A stretch of 64,000 nt of DNA from Botryllus schlosseri (taxonomy: Eukaryota), in assembly GCA_051294905.1 (NCBI GenBank), contig CM119372.1, positions 38,876,001 through 38,940,000 on the forward strand, in the 5' to 3' direction. Made by a program: the position numbers and the translations under genes. Below the pieces are notes generated by a model that worked only from the letters and a program-made list of their open reading frames with translations, made no database searches and had not been told where the DNA came from. Position 1 is the stretch's first letter. Every line of letters starts with the position of its first letter. Of the stretch, positions 13,386-26,088 are shown one piece after another.

Positions 13386-13977
13386 CTGTAAGAAATGTTT
13401 ACGTGATTAGAAAATAGACGTCATGTTTACGTGATTAGGCATTAGACGGCATGATCACGTGTTCAAGATGGATCCTCAGCGAGCTGTTTAGAAATCACGA
13501 CTAAACGAAATTAAATTATTACTCTGGTAAACACTACTTTTGTTGACTTTGATCAGACATTGATTTCGACCAACTTTTGGTCGCTGAATTTAGAAATGAC
13601 TCCCGTTTTTCTCTATCACATCGATTTGTTAGGTTAGGCGCCACCACATTGTCTAGTAACCAGGTCCTGATATTTTTAGCATACGCCAAAAATACAAAAA
13701 TAGATTGTTTCTGGCAATTTTCGGATTTTATTTTGGTAGTTATGGCATCACCAGAAATTATTATTTGTATACTCGAATTAACGATGTAAAACACTGTATA
13801 TTCTAATCTGTCATATCAAACGAAAGTCACAAACGTGCAGTGTCCACTTTGTATCATCGATCAGCGAGAGTAAAAACCGAATTAACAACTGCGTTGGAGA
13901 GTCAATTTACCAAATACAAAACCGACCGACTGCTTCTGCAATATCGAGTCCGAATAGTCGGTTCGATATGCGTGTCA

Positions 13978-14348
13978 AGGGTTGCATTTAAACATGGTTT
14001 AAAAAGTGTTTTTAAAAAAGACCTTTAAAAAAATGTGTTTTTTTAAGCAGCAAAAGTTATGCTATAATTGTGTCAATACTTTACAAAAACATGTTGTATG
14101 AGCCTACGGACAATTACCCCCCGATGTAACCCACGTATATCGATATGAGATGGTTGGAACCCTCAAAATAGTTCAACAGCAATATAGTACATATATTTAC
14201 CACAGGAGCTATTTTTACCCTAGATTTTCACTTGTCAATGTCTATCCACTGTGACGTCACAATTGAATATTCGTGACGTTACTGCTTAAAAAAAATTTAA
14301 AAAAATAAATGTATGTTTTAAATTGATTTTTATTTTAAATGCAACCCG
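13978..14348. mobile_element. MITE (AGGGTTGCAT...ATGCAACCC) in the intron of paralog 1
   Basis: Inverted ends; same family as the MITE at 25682-30822 that hosts the Gypsy element. Confidence 0.65.
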
Positions 14349-15209
14349 AATGTAATTACCAACATTGACACAGATCACAATACCACTAATGATATGAATT
14401 AAAAATCGCTGCTGACACGTTTGAATCAGAGCCCTTCACTGGCAAACCGATGGTTAGAAATCACGAGTGGCTTCAATATTCAATATAATATGAAAAAAAA
14501 TATCCAATGTGCGAACAAACAAAAACAGTAACGGACAGAATGTTTGCAAGCCTGTATGTGGTACGCATTGATGGGGATCACTTGTTGCCGACTGAGGCAT
14601 TTTGCACTCTGTAAGTGTGGTGTTCAATTGTTCATCGATGAAACTATATCCCTATTGTCCAACGCGACACAGTTTATCACTCATTGCACCATATGTTGAC
14701 ACTTTCATTACCAAGTTGAAAGTAAATGGAATTATATATACGCATTGGTCTATATGCGGGATGGGTCGCGCGTGTCGGCTACATGGGATAACAGGAAGTA
14801 CGAACGTTGACAACAGCAAAATGCTTAGTCATTGAGCAACATTCCTAATTGCAGAATATCATCAACTGCCCGGGTTGATCAATCCACAGTATATCGTAAA
14901 TCCAGATTTTAGGACTCAACTTTTTGGCCTCGATCCTAAGATTTTCAGTCACATTACATAGATGCCCTGGACGGTAGACTGCGGCCTTCCGAAGGGTTCA
15001 TGGACCTCAATTTAGAAATGAAGCGTAACACACTTGTTTTGTAGCTTCATGCAGACTCATTTCAATACTTGTTGGCATTTCTATCTAAAACCTTCATAAA
15101 AATCTAGATTTTCAAAAAGCCTTATTTTTGGCGTCTTCAAATTTTTATTTTGGGAAGTTTTGGCATTTGGTTACCAAAATGTCAAAAATAACATGGCCTG
15201 CTCATAACT

Positions 15210-15588
15210 TAGGGTTACGATACGTCCTCTTTAAAGAGGATTTGTCCTTTTTTTACTTCTTTTAAAGTGTCCTCGGAGGACGCCCTTTTGTCCTCTTTTT
15301 TTAAGATTATATCCTCTTTGTTGAGAATTTTGGTCAAATTTGCGGCCAAATTCGACTGAGATGCCCTAAATCAGCACCGAAGTAACGCTCCTGCAGGTAT
15401 TACGAGAGCTGAGCCGGAAAATTGACCTTTTTACCACCTGATAATGTAAAGGAAAAAACTGTACTTTCGGCGCTGAGCGAGAAACTTGATCTTTTTTTGA
15501 GTCAACCGACCGCGAACCTCCGGATTTGCAACTTTAGAAATTTTGAAAAAGTGGCCTCGTTTCAGATTTCCAACATATGGTAACCCTA
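15210..15588. mobile_element. hAT-type MITE (TAGGGTTAC TIR)
   Basis: TAGGGTTAC...GTAACCCTA; imperfect TSD TCATAACT/TCATGACC. Confidence 0.65.
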
Positions 15589-15947
15589 TCATGACCGACA
15601 TAAAGTGCTACGTTTAATGTTTTGTGTTTATGGTATAAAACGTTTCAAAAATCACACGGAGTTGAAAATACATCGGGAGACTCCAAATAAACATTTGCCC
15701 TCTCTGGTAGCTTATTACGCAACCGCAGAATTGCAGTGCCCATAGACACTAACAATAGTGAACGTGATTTCGAAGAATATAATTGGTACAGTGGTGAGTT
15801 ACGAATAATTATTTTTAATAGCAGAATCATAACATTGCATGGAATTCATCAACCAGAATTGGCAAATACATGTATCCTATTGAAAGAATCGTCATATACC
15901 AGCCACGTAAAAACGCATGTTTCTGATTTGAATAAATGTAATGATAC

Positions 15948-16122
15948 CTAATATATTATTGGCTTCGGCGGAGCTGTTCACGCTGGCATGGTTGAATTCG
16001 AAAACTGAGAAGTATGTCGTTCCATGATACGTGGCTAAAAGTGACACGATCGTAAGCAACGCAACGGACACAATGGATTTCCATTTCTCCAACCAATATT
16101 CCTTCAGCTCCGCAGGCGTCAT
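15948..16122 (-). CDS. GT31 paralog 1, N-terminal exon (type II signal anchor)
   Basis: MTPAELKEYWLEKWK-SIVSVALLTIVSLLATY hydrophobic segment; phase-1 donor G|GTATC at 15948 joins the 13385 acceptor in frame (G+GA), giving 445 aa; conserved in paralog 2. Confidence 0.85.
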
Positions 16123-16362
16123 TGCAGATATTCCTGATGAAACAAAATGAGGATTCGGGCCGGTTAGATGTCAAAAATCCACTCAAGTTCCTCCATATTT
16201 TCATACGAATTATATCTGTATGTCTGATTCTCAGACTCCAGTCACCAGACCGGTGCGAGCCCGTGTCTACTTTACTGCACAGGAAAGGATAATGATCAGT
16301 GAATCGTACTAGAACTTGAGACGAAGATACGCAACAGTGACCACTGACCAGTGTGATTAAAT

Positions 16363-17265
16363 TAGGGTTGCCATACGTCCGGAATTTCCCGGACATGTCC
16401 GGAATTTCCCTGTTCAAACTAGCGTCCGGGAGGAATTTCCAAAATATGCCAAATGTCCGGAATTTTGAAGACTTGACATAATTTTTTCGTGAATAAGCAT
16501 AAAAATACTATTTTCTGGAAATATTTATGCTGATGCATGATATTTTTCTTCGCGCTGTGCGCGATTTACTGTCACATTCATTGAATTTGATATGGAGACT
16601 ACCACCCTCGCAAAAACTGCAATAAAATATTGACAAAAACAACATTCATTTACTGGAATAAGCCTAATTGTAATCGCAATCATAGGAGAGCGGTATATTA
16701 AGGCCGTTTAAATGCTTTATTCAAAGATAGTGGTGATGTAGGGTGATTTTAAAGCTCCGTGGTGCGCACCGGCATAAGGCTGATGAGCAATCTTATCATC
16801 AGGACATGAACATGACTTAACGATGTGCAATTACGTTCCCTGTATTTTAGAACTCATCATCCTCAACCAGCTCCGCCGCTACTCTGATCAAGTGGGAGGG
16901 GAGTAGTATCTATATAGCAATATATGGAACAACCAATATTATTGACAGAATTCAGTCAAATAATTTAACGACCAAATGCACAGAGAATCCAGATTCATAT
17001 AGCAAGCACCCACCGCCCAGAAATTGCAACGATTACCCTGTAGTGTTGGCTCAAAATCATTGTTCATTTGAGCGGGAAGGGGCTGAAAACATGTGCTTTC
17101 GGTTCCGGTTACACAACACACAGCCACATACTCCTGAACCGGATCGTGACCTCCTCTGGTCTATGAGCAAAGCTTTGCTGGTGTTACGTCATAACTCATT
17201 TTGAAATCCGCTAGTGGGCGCTGAAGAGTGTCCGGAATTTGCGTTGCTAAAATATGGTAACCCTA
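16363..17265. mobile_element. hAT-type MITE (TAGGGTTGCCATA TIR)
   Basis: Perfect 8-bp TSD GATTAAAT; TCCGGA subterminal repeats; absent from the paralogous site at ~35790. Confidence 0.88.
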
Positions 17266-17906
17266 GATTAAATATATCGATGGACATCGTCAACGATGTA
17301 CATAAATAATCGGGATAAGCCTTGTTGAAATTACATGACAACATGCAAAATGTAGGCTACAATACTTAACGGGATGGCCAAAAATGAATCACAGCTGATT
17401 TGAACCAGATATTGAAAATTTGGCTAGAATCGGAATTTATAGTGGGAAAATCGTAAAGCGATTTGTACTTAAACTATAGAGCAGATGTGTAATGTTGCAA
17501 TACATTAAACTGTAATCCTAATTAACCTAACAACATCACTGCGAAAATACGGCGAAAAATATGGTATTTTTAATGGCGTAAATGTGTCTCGAGCTTGAAG
17601 ATATTTTCCAGCTAATCATAGACAATATTCACATTTCAGTGAATTGATTTACTTTGATTATAATAATTATTAAATGACACCGCTATATACTTCAGCATAC
17701 CTAATTTCCAGTGTCTCGCGGTATAGGAGGAGAATCTGTGACATCAACACATTCACGTTCTGCAGCTATGTTAGTTAAAACAGCAGCATCATGAGCAAAT
17801 TTGATCTTGTGCGAGTCACTTACCAGTTATAAGTTATTAACAGCATATCGAAAAAGTCATAACTGGTAATATGGAAGCTGTCAATCTTTGCCAACAAGGT
17901 GATTAG

Positions 17907-18871
17907 TAGGGCAAGTTATTGTTGCACTAAAATCGTGCGAAAGTTGCACTTCAGTTTATTAAAAGTTGCAGTAAAAGTTGCATTGATACTTTTTTATGAT
18001 TGGGGTATTTGGTACTCGAATGGTTCCGTTGTATAACCCAACTTTTTAAGATTTGTGGGGTGTGTCTGCTTGTTCCGATCCTTCCTTCGTTATTCAATGG
18101 ATCATGCATACATTTTATGTTCTTTAGGTTTGAGACCTATATGATCGCATTTCGCTGTCAGCTCCAGCGGAGCTGTCAGATCTGGTAACTTTCCATTTCA
18201 CGGACGGTTGGGCGACTCCGCCTAAAATTACATTTTAATTAGGCTAAGATACAAAGTTCAGAATACTACTGGAGTAAAAATGACTAGCGGTCCGCTGGTT
18301 GGACAGGACATCCCTACCTTATGATGTCATATTACCATATCGCAAGGTTATTGCTTCTTCTTAAGGAATATCCACACACGAATAAACACACAGTCTAACT
18401 CACCAAGGTATGTCGACAAAATGTGACCTCTACGAGACGCAACCAGTTTTTGTTTGTGCGGGCTTCGTCAAAAGCCAAGCTGTATTTCCCCTTCTAATAT
18501 CGTTCGGGCATTGTCATGCTTGGATGGGATCGCTGAACTTTCAACTTGAAAGCCAACGGATGCGTCACAGAGTAGGCTACATTGAGATGCAGTTAATCAA
18601 ATACATTGCTTTTTGGTGTACATCTTAAAGAGAATAGTATGATACCAGAAATAGTTTTACAGCATGTTTCTTAAATCACTCCTTTACATTCAGCGTAATA
18701 CTTGATAAAAAGTTGCAGCAAAAAGTTGGATGAAAAATCGAAAAAAGTCGAAATATAAATTTCCTTCAAACAGCTTAAAACCTCGTGCTACGTAAATTAT
18801 GAGTATTTAGAAAGCTGCCCGAACCCGAAGCTGTAACAAATTTTGCAGCAATTGCAAAAACTTGCTCCATA
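17907..18871. mobile_element. hAT-type non-autonomous element (AAGTTGCA repeats)
   Basis: Perfect 8-bp direct repeat GTGATTAG; imperfect TIR TAGGGCAAGTT/AACTTGCTCCATA. Confidence 0.6.
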
Positions 18872-19762
18872 GTGATTAGATTCGATTCAACATACAGCAC
18901 GAAAAATGAATCGATTGGATTTGAAATCATCGATTTGAATTGCCCGTAACCAGTCTATGATGCTGTGCTTACCTCAATTGTGTGATCGAATCTGGATCTT
19001 CCTCAATAGCCATGCGAAGCGGCAACCACGTTAAACCCAACAATAGGGAATATATCAATTACAAATTTGTATCCTGAAACTCAATAATGATGCGAATTTA
19101 ACGATGTTCACACATCATACAACAGTAACATATGAAGCATGTGTCTCGATACAGCTCATAAGTCATGCGTTGCATGTCAGAAGTACTCTGCCGAGCCTTC
19201 GCGCTCAGAATTCTACCTATCTTACAACGACGAAGGCTCAAAATTAGAATGCGGCTCATTCGTATAAAAGCGGTACAGATACTTCTAAATTTCCAGTTCA
19301 ACATCTGAAACTTCGAATGCCGCAGGGGAACGCACGAGCTGTGTGCGAAAGCATTGAACTGACGCGTATGTCGCGTGAATTTACTTTATAATTAGGTAAC
19401 GCGATGTTATCATCTTTTTGCGATATCGCTTGGAGGATTACAGAAAATGTACAAGTACTTTTGTAGACGATGTAATATTAGACAATATAGGCCTATATTT
19501 TTATAGATTCAGGTTAACTATAATGATTTACTGCAAAAATGATAGGTCACCAGTACGAATATACTCTGCAGAAACCTTTAGAACAGTGGTTCTAGACCTT
19601 TATAAACCCGCGGAACGCTTACGCTAATCTTCAAGCCTTCGCGTAACCCCAAATTTTCTCCGAGTCCTAAAAACAAAAATCTAGCGCAACACATATCTAA
19701 CTAGAGGACTAATACATTACTGTAGAATACTTATGCACGATATGGCCTTTGAACAACTAGAG

Positions 19763-21505
19763 AAGTGGTCGGGAATCTATGGCTCGCGAGCCATATATGG
19801 CTCTTTGGGGTATAAGATATGGCTCTTTGACAAATTTTACTTTTGTACTTAATTTATCAATATTGCAACAACTAGTTGGTAAATTTTCTTGACGGACCGA
19901 ATAATTATTCTCGTGGCAGCATTAGCATGTCTTTTAGAGGTCAAGACAGACGGTCAAATTTAAGTTGAAGTCGCGTCGGCGACGAACACGACTGGCGAAT
20001 TTGATCTACCCGCCATCGTGCGCCTCGAAATCTTGGAATGCATGATACTTTGACATGGCGACGCTTGTAGAACAATGCGGTTTTCAAATACATACTGCCT
20101 TCCTGATCCACGCCGATACTTCCTTGGCAGTGACTTTAACAGTTACAAATTGAAATTAAAAACAATTCAATAGCTATCCAAGTTCTTGGTTGGTAACGTA
20201 AGTAGCTTTCTAGAACCGTATGTATAGTCGGGCTCTTCAAAAATGACTTTTTTCTCAAATCGTTCTGGCTACTTGATAAAATTGTTAGGTTACCTAATTT
20301 AAGCCTACACACAAAATTTGGTTCAATTCCAGCCAGTAACCGCATTGCTACAGGAGAAGTAAGTTTCTATTTATTATATAAATATAAATGATGAAAAATT
20401 TGAAAATTTTCTGTTCACCCCATGAAAGTGTTAGGCTGTCTATAGAAACGATGCTCACCAAATTTGGTTCAATTACAACCAGTGGAAGCGGAGTTATTGC
20501 CGTCGAAAAATTTTGATTTGAATAAAATAGTATTTACGGTGAGCACAATTACAATAAATAAACAGAGAATCGGTCACCGTAAATACTATTTTATTCAAAT
20601 CTAAATTTTTCGACGGCAATAACTCCGCTTCCACTGGTTGTAATTGAACCAAATTTGGTGAGCATCGTTTCTATAGACAGCCTAACACTTTCATGGGGTG
20701 AACAGAAAAATTTCAAATTTTTTATTATTTATTTTTATATAATAAATAGAAACTTTCTTCTCCTGTAGCAAAGCGGTTACTGGCTGGAATTGGACCAAAT
20801 TTTGTGTGTAGGCTTAAATTAGGTAACCTAACAATTTTATCAAGTAGCTAGTACGATTTGAAAAAAAAGTCATTTTTGAAGAGCCCTAATGTATAGGTGT
20901 GTAGCGTTATGTTACGCCGAATACTTGAGAAATCGATAAATATTTAGATTTTCGGAATCAGCCCGGCAATTTTATTTGAATAATATCAGTGATGATGGAT
21001 TCTAAGGTATTTACAATGAGATGCGCGATCACAGGTGCGGCTTGGCCCGAGTGCTTCAACTGTGACTTATCTCACCTTTCTCGCTTTATTTCAGAACAAT
21101 AAATATGAAAATTCCGTGATTTTGGGAATAGAAATATTTAAAATCTAATCATTCAATAACATCGATAAAAATACCAATAATAATCATTGAAGGTTTCACA
21201 ATTTTTCCTCATCCCTGACGACACGTGAGAAACTGTCTCACTTGCATTCCCTAACCCCACGTCGGTGACGTATCACACCCTACAGTGGGTATGTACTGCT
21301 GTAGTGACCATGTTTGGCTTAACCTACGCATGTGGGCAGAAAAATATGGCGCACACTACGAATCCCATATATTAGTGGTACCAGTACGTCACGAATTTTT
21401 AATTGTGACGTAACAGTTGATTGACGTTTTATGGCTCTTTGGGAGATACAGTTGAAAATATTGAGCCAATATGGCTCTTCGGTCGAAAAAGGTTCCCGAC
21501 CCCTG
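19763..21505. mobile_element. Buster/Charlie-type hAT non-autonomous element
   Basis: Ends AAGTGGTCGGGAA...TTCCCGACCCCTG; TGGCTC subterminal motifs; perfect TSD AACTAGAG. Confidence 0.8.
20228..20888. mobile_element. Fold-back MITE with ~315-bp arms and 31-nt loop, nested in 19763-21505
   Basis: Arms 20228-20542 and 20574-20888 are reverse complements; TSD ATGTATAG. Confidence 0.88.
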
Positions 21506-22340
21506 AACTAGAGTGTTGAAAGACGAAAACCATTAAAATACAATTTTCACACACAATGACAACATTATCATGAAAGTTTATTTGAACAGCTTCTTTGAGG
21601 TACAGAACTTCAATATACAATTGAATAGTATATTCATTAGGGTTGTCCAAAATTTGAAAAATTTCGAAAATGCTGCGTTGTAATGTCTTATTCTATAGAT
21701 TATTGATTAAAAACATCAACAAGCCTGAAAGAAGCTCTCAGGAACGTCGTTAAGATTTCTTACAAAGCGTTTGAAAGTAGCCGTCTGCATGTGGGCGGGG
21801 AATCGATGAAGTGGGCGGGCAATCACGAACCTAGAATTTTGATTGGTTGGAACCTGTAATAATAAGCTACTGATTGGCTGAAATACTGATTTTGTGATCA
21901 TTGCTGGTCACGATTTCGTTCTACTCTGTTGTGTTGGTTTGCAGCCATTTCTGTTCGTGGCATTGGCGATATGGTAAATTGACGTTGTTAATGCTGCCAT
22001 CGACAACAGCATAACGATCCAGTAATATATTTTCTACCTGAACACTGTGTATAACAGTTTTGTTACTTCTTGCACAGGAGCTTGGCCAATTAAGATAAGA
22101 ATGAACTAGATGCATGCATCGTGCTACCTTCGAGCCTTCTAAAACATACCAGTTGACAACGACTGTAACTCATAAATTGCAAACCAGTAGTCAATTTCTC
22201 CTTATGGCTTGTTATGGTAAGTCGACGTCTCTCTCTAAAACGAACGCATATTACACTTTTTATTCAAGATTTAACAAAGGCAAAAATGCTATTTACAAAA
22301 GGCATCATTAAAAAGTATATCGCAGGGTCAGTGTTGCAGA

Positions 22341-24668
22341 TCACTGGCCTTTGATAAGAGTAGACTTCCTGCTGTCTCCAAAAATCTTCCTATGCTGTTC
22401 CACAGCTTGAAGCAAACTGTCTCTTTGCTGTTCATTGTCAGTCAAGATTGCAGCATAGTCTGTGCTTAGCTTGACACCTCTTTCTGCGGCATCATTAACG
22501 ACTTTGACAGAACTAACGTAGCAATTCATTTTATTGAATGAATCTGAAAAGTGCCAATCATCAACCGGTTGACGTAGCCAATCCCCAGAGCATTTAAAAA
22601 CTTCAAATATGTACCACGACTGGGGCCCAATAAGGTCAGACAACGTACTGTCCTTGTTGATCTGTATAGTTGCATTCAATGAGGGTGGGCCCCTTCTGAA
22701 ACTGGAAGTTCGCTCTACTTGCAGGAGCGCCTTTGCCATATTTTCCCGGGTTTCCTTGCTTTCCGTCGGTGAAAACAAGGCGTATACAGCGGTTTCCTCA
22801 ACAATATACCAGTCGTGCTTCAAAAGCTTTCGTGAAGCAGCTGTGGAAACTTGCTCATCATATTCCTTATAACTCAACATGTGCTGAACGAATCTCAAGT
22901 CATTACCAGCTGCATCACGACCAATGCTTGAATCCACCCACGCAGGGATATAAAAGAGAACCAAAAATAAATTGAAGCGGCGCAGCAGTTCAACTTCTTC
23001 AGATTTGTAATCTAATTGGTCGGCCCACATGAACATCTTTTGAGCATACAGAATTGTACCCATCCATCTCGCATGGTGTGCTGCACCAGGTTTGTGATGA
23101 CGTATATCTTCATCTGCACCGAGAAGAGCAAGAGCATTAGTCACACATTGCTTGTAGTCATCCCGTGTGAAAAAATCTTTTCTGTTCAACAGTAGCTTGA
23201 ACTTATCAACTATCATTGCAGCTCGTTCAGCAAAACATAGAGGAATAGTCAGAGTCTTGAATTGCTGTTCCCTGTCAAGACTGCTCCAGTTCCTTTTAAG
23301 GTGGGCAAACCATGCATTCTCTGGTCCAGTTGTGGCCTTTTCAAATAAAGATTTCCAAACGTCTTTCACTACCAGCTCATACACATGGTGCCGACATGCA
23401 TGGTAGAACACCTTCCTTCCTAGAAGGTCTTCAAGAATCTTTGCCGCACCCTTCTTCCAGCCGCTGTTGCTTGCTGTAGTGTCAAAAACCAAAGCTGTTA
23501 CAGCATCTTTTATATTCCAACTTTCAATTATGTTGAAAGTGGTTTCTGCTTGCGTCTGACCTGCAGCATTTTGCATCTTTTGAATGCCAAGTAGTTTTCC
23601 TTCTGAGTATTGAGGATGACAAGATAGGACAATTGACAGAGCCTCATACCGATTTCCTAATCTATCCTCTGTGAGCTTTCCATCCCAATGAATAGCAACA
23701 TGTTGAGGTTTATTTTCTGCAAATTTTTCTGAAATATCCTTGGAAATTTCAAGACGATTTGTTTCCCTGGCTCTCTTTGTCGAAGATCTTGACAGAGAGA
23801 ACATTGCTATGTCACCGCCACAAGCCGTAATAAATGCTCCGATCAGCATTGTTGCCTTGTTGTCTGTTATTTGCAATCGATCCAGAGCTTGGGACACATG
23901 GGTATTATTCATAATATTTTTAGGTGCCATCAGCTTAATGGCTGTCGAGGTGCCAAGACCAACATCAGCATCATAATCAGAACTTGAACTCAAACTATCA
24001 CCCTCTTTTGAAGATGAAGAAGATGCTAAAACAACATAGTCATCACTTGAGTCATGTTGAATGTTTTTAACAGTTCTATCCGCCATGGTTGCTGTTTTCT
24101 TTTCGATGTCTTTAGCGAGAATCTTGTCTCTTCCCAACATTATGCATTTGCGAGATTGCTGTTGATCTTCATAGAATGCAATGTCTTCGAGCTTTCTATC
24201 ATGTGATAGATAAATGTCATTTTGTATTATTGCTATCGCATCTGTACTTCCAATATCCCACAACTTGTCCAAATCTTCCGTGAATTTTTTCCTCTTACCC
24301 TTGGGATCACTTTCCCGTTTCATGGTCGCCTTCAGAAAAATATATTTTTTGTTCAGTTTTTCAAGTAATTTCACCGCATTTCCTTTAAGTATTGTGGCAA
24401 TTCTCGCCATTTGCCACACTGTCATGACATCATGAACCACCACATTACATAGCTCACGAGTAGGGGTTGACTGAGGGCAATGTTCTTTCAGATGCAGAAA
24501 GTAACTCATTACTTCTCGCAAGGTTGGTAATCTCGAGCCACAGATGTAATCGCAAGCATATCCGACCAAGTAATGCTCAGATCGAGATCTTGTTCTTCTC
24601 TGTGGCAAGTGCACAGTCTTCCGCCGTTTTGCCTCTGCCATGACAGTAATATTTTTGCCTTCTATCAT
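22341..24668 (-). CDS. DDE transposase, hATm-like, 775 aa
   Basis: HWDGK (D), FDTTASNSG (D), CRHH, RDDY, PGAAHHARWM, VVNDAAERGVKL (E); subgroup assigned from recalled motifs. Confidence 0.88.
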   Translation of the reverse strand: MIEGKNITVMAEAKRRKTVHLPQRRTRSRSEHYLVGYACDYICGSRLPTLREVMSYFLHLKEHCPQSTPTRELCNVVVHDVMTVWQMARIATILKGNAVKLLEKLNKKYIFLKATMKRESDPKGKRKKFTEDLDKLWDIGSTDAIAIIQNDIYLSHDRKLEDIAFYEDQQQSRKCIMLGRDKILAKDIEKKTATMADRTVKNIQHDSSDDYVVLASSSSSKEGDSLSSSSDYDADVGLGTSTAIKLMAPKNIMNNTHVSQALDRLQITDNKATMLIGAFITACGGDIAMFSLSRSSTKRARETNRLEISKDISEKFAENKPQHVAIHWDGKLTEDRLGNRYEALSIVLSCHPQYSEGKLLGIQKMQNAAGQTQAETTFNIIESWNIKDAVTALVFDTTASNSGWKKGAAKILEDLLGRKVFYHACRHHVYELVVKDVWKSLFEKATTGPENAWFAHLKRNWSSLDREQQFKTLTIPLCFAERAAMIVDKFKLLLNRKDFFTRDDYKQCVTNALALLGADEDIRHHKPGAAHHARWMGTILYAQKMFMWADQLDYKSEEVELLRRFNLFLVLFYIPAWVDSSIGRDAAGNDLRFVQHMLSYKEYDEQVSTAASRKLLKHDWYIVEETAVYALFSPTESKETRENMAKALLQVERTSSFRRGPPSLNATIQINKDSTLSDLIGPQSWYIFEVFKCSGDWLRQPVDDWHFSDSFNKMNCYVSSVKVVNDAAERGVKLSTDYAAILTDNEQQRDSLLQAVEQHRKIFGDSRKSTLIKGQ

Positions 24669-24698
24669 AAATTACAGCTACGCCTAAAACATTTAAGT

Positions 24699-25050
24699 AA
24701 CAAGTGTTACATTACGACTATTAACTCACCAACCCACAATGCCCTTGTACATAACCACAACCACTACTAACAAAATCGACCTCATCAGAACAGAAAATGC
24801 TGCTGCAACTAAAACATTGAGCAAGGAACAAGTGTTGCATTACAACTATTGATGCATCAACCCACAATGCGCTTTACAAATTCCCGTCTCTACTAACAGA
24901 CTCGACCTCCGCAAAACAGAAACTACTGCTACAACTGATACATTCGAAGAACCACTGTTACATTACTACTATTGACTCATCAAACCACAACACGCTTTTA
25001 CAGTATTACAGCCGTCACCAACAGACTCAGCAGCAGCAAAACCTACTCCT
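24699..25050. repeat. About three diverged tandem ~125-bp repeats upstream of the transposase
   Basis: Recurring GTGTTACATTAC.ACTATT...CAACCCACAATGC...ACTAACA.A.TCGACCTC near 24700, 24830 and 24955. Confidence 0.7.
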
Positions 25051-25359
25051 TCTGTCAAACACGGTGAAGCACCCAAATCAGAGCTGACAGCCGCCGTCAT
25101 CATTGAAGCATAACCGATTACCCAATCAAGAATCGTGGTTTCGTCATTGCCCGCCTAGTTGCAATTTCGCCGTCGGTGGCCCGCCCACTCTTTGGCAGCT
25201 ACTTTCAAACGCTTTGTAAGAAATCTTAACGACGTTCCTGAGAGCTTCTTTCAGGCTTGTTGATGTTTTTAATCAATAATCTATAGAATAAGACATTACA
25301 ACGCAGCATTTTCGAAATTTTTCAAATTTTGGACAACCCTAATATTCATATTAAAATGA

Positions 25360-25393
25360 ACCCGAATATTTTCGGCTGACACTCGTCAGGGGT
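25360..25393 (-). ncRNA. Minimal type I hammerhead ribozyme (Penelope-associated)
   Basis: Minus strand ACCC-CUGACGA-GUGUCAGCC-GAAA-AUAU-UC-GGGU; intact core; palindromic stem III AAUAUU. Confidence 0.8.
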
Positions 25394-25783
25394 AATCGTC
25401 AGCAACTAGTAGAGAATTCGAAAGAACAGCGTATATCAACAATCGTAACACAAAATATGACGTCACCAGCACGAAATGTCGAATACGAGAGCGTTCAATG
25501 TACTATTTTTAGATGATACACGAACTCTTTTTGTTGACAAAATATTCGAAAATATTCGGGTTCATTTTAATATGAATATACTATTCAATTGAAAGTTTAT
25601 TGCAAATCAGCGGGAGTTGTACTTTTCCCTTTCAGATACCAATTCAGAAATGTAGGGCTTCACCTTAGAAAGTGTCGTCGCTAGGGTTGCATTTAAAGCA
25701 AACGGTATTTTACAACACTTTGTATAAAACATAGGCCTTTTTTAAAAAATGTGTTTTTTTAAGTTGTAAAATTATGCCATAAT

Positions 25784-26038
25784 TGTTATGTTCATGCATT
25801 TTACGTTGGTATCGTTTGCCTCTTATTTGTCTAGGATTAGTAATTACCGCCAAACATTATTTGTTCGTGTGTCGTGCTTCGTATTTATACCCTGTGTTCT
25901 GTTGTCTACAGGTCTTTCGTTTAACTGCACTCTGGATCATGTCGCCTGTCTTAAAGTCACACTGCTGATAATATACTGATTTCTTATTGCAACCTCGTCG
26001 TATTGAGTTATTGTTTAAACAAGATCAAGAACATAACA
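25784..26038 (+). repeat. 5' LTR
   Basis: Direct repeat of 30237-30491; TG...CA ends. Confidence 0.95.
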
Positions 26039-26040
26039 TT

Positions 26041-26059
26041 TGGTGTCAGAAGTCGGATT
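26041..26059 (+). promoter_or_regulatory. Primer binding site (tRNA-Leu-like)
   Basis: TGGTGTCAGAAGTCGGATT just after the LTR, complementary to a tRNA-Leu 3' end. Confidence 0.8.
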
Positions 26060-26088
26060 CATAGTTATTTCTGCGACTGAGAAACATC

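Larger units (their letters stand above)
21638..25341 (-). mobile_element. Autonomous hAT-superfamily (hATm-like) DNA transposon
   Basis: ~144-bp perfect TIRs starting TAGGGTTGTCC (21638-21781, 25198-25341); perfect 8-bp TSD ATATTCAT; intact transposase ORF. Confidence 0.92.
21583..25590 (-). mobile_element. Short Penelope-like element copy (family 1) split by the hAT insertion
   Basis: 21590-21637 plus 25342-25538 match 57170-57407; inverted pLTR piece at ~25547-25591; flanking direct repeat AAAGTTTATT. Confidence 0.8.

Noticed and set aside
18973..19013. Upstream coding exon for paralog 1
   Set aside because: Its phase (2) does not match the phase-1 acceptor and differs in the homologous copy at 6678-6716; treated as UTR or uORF
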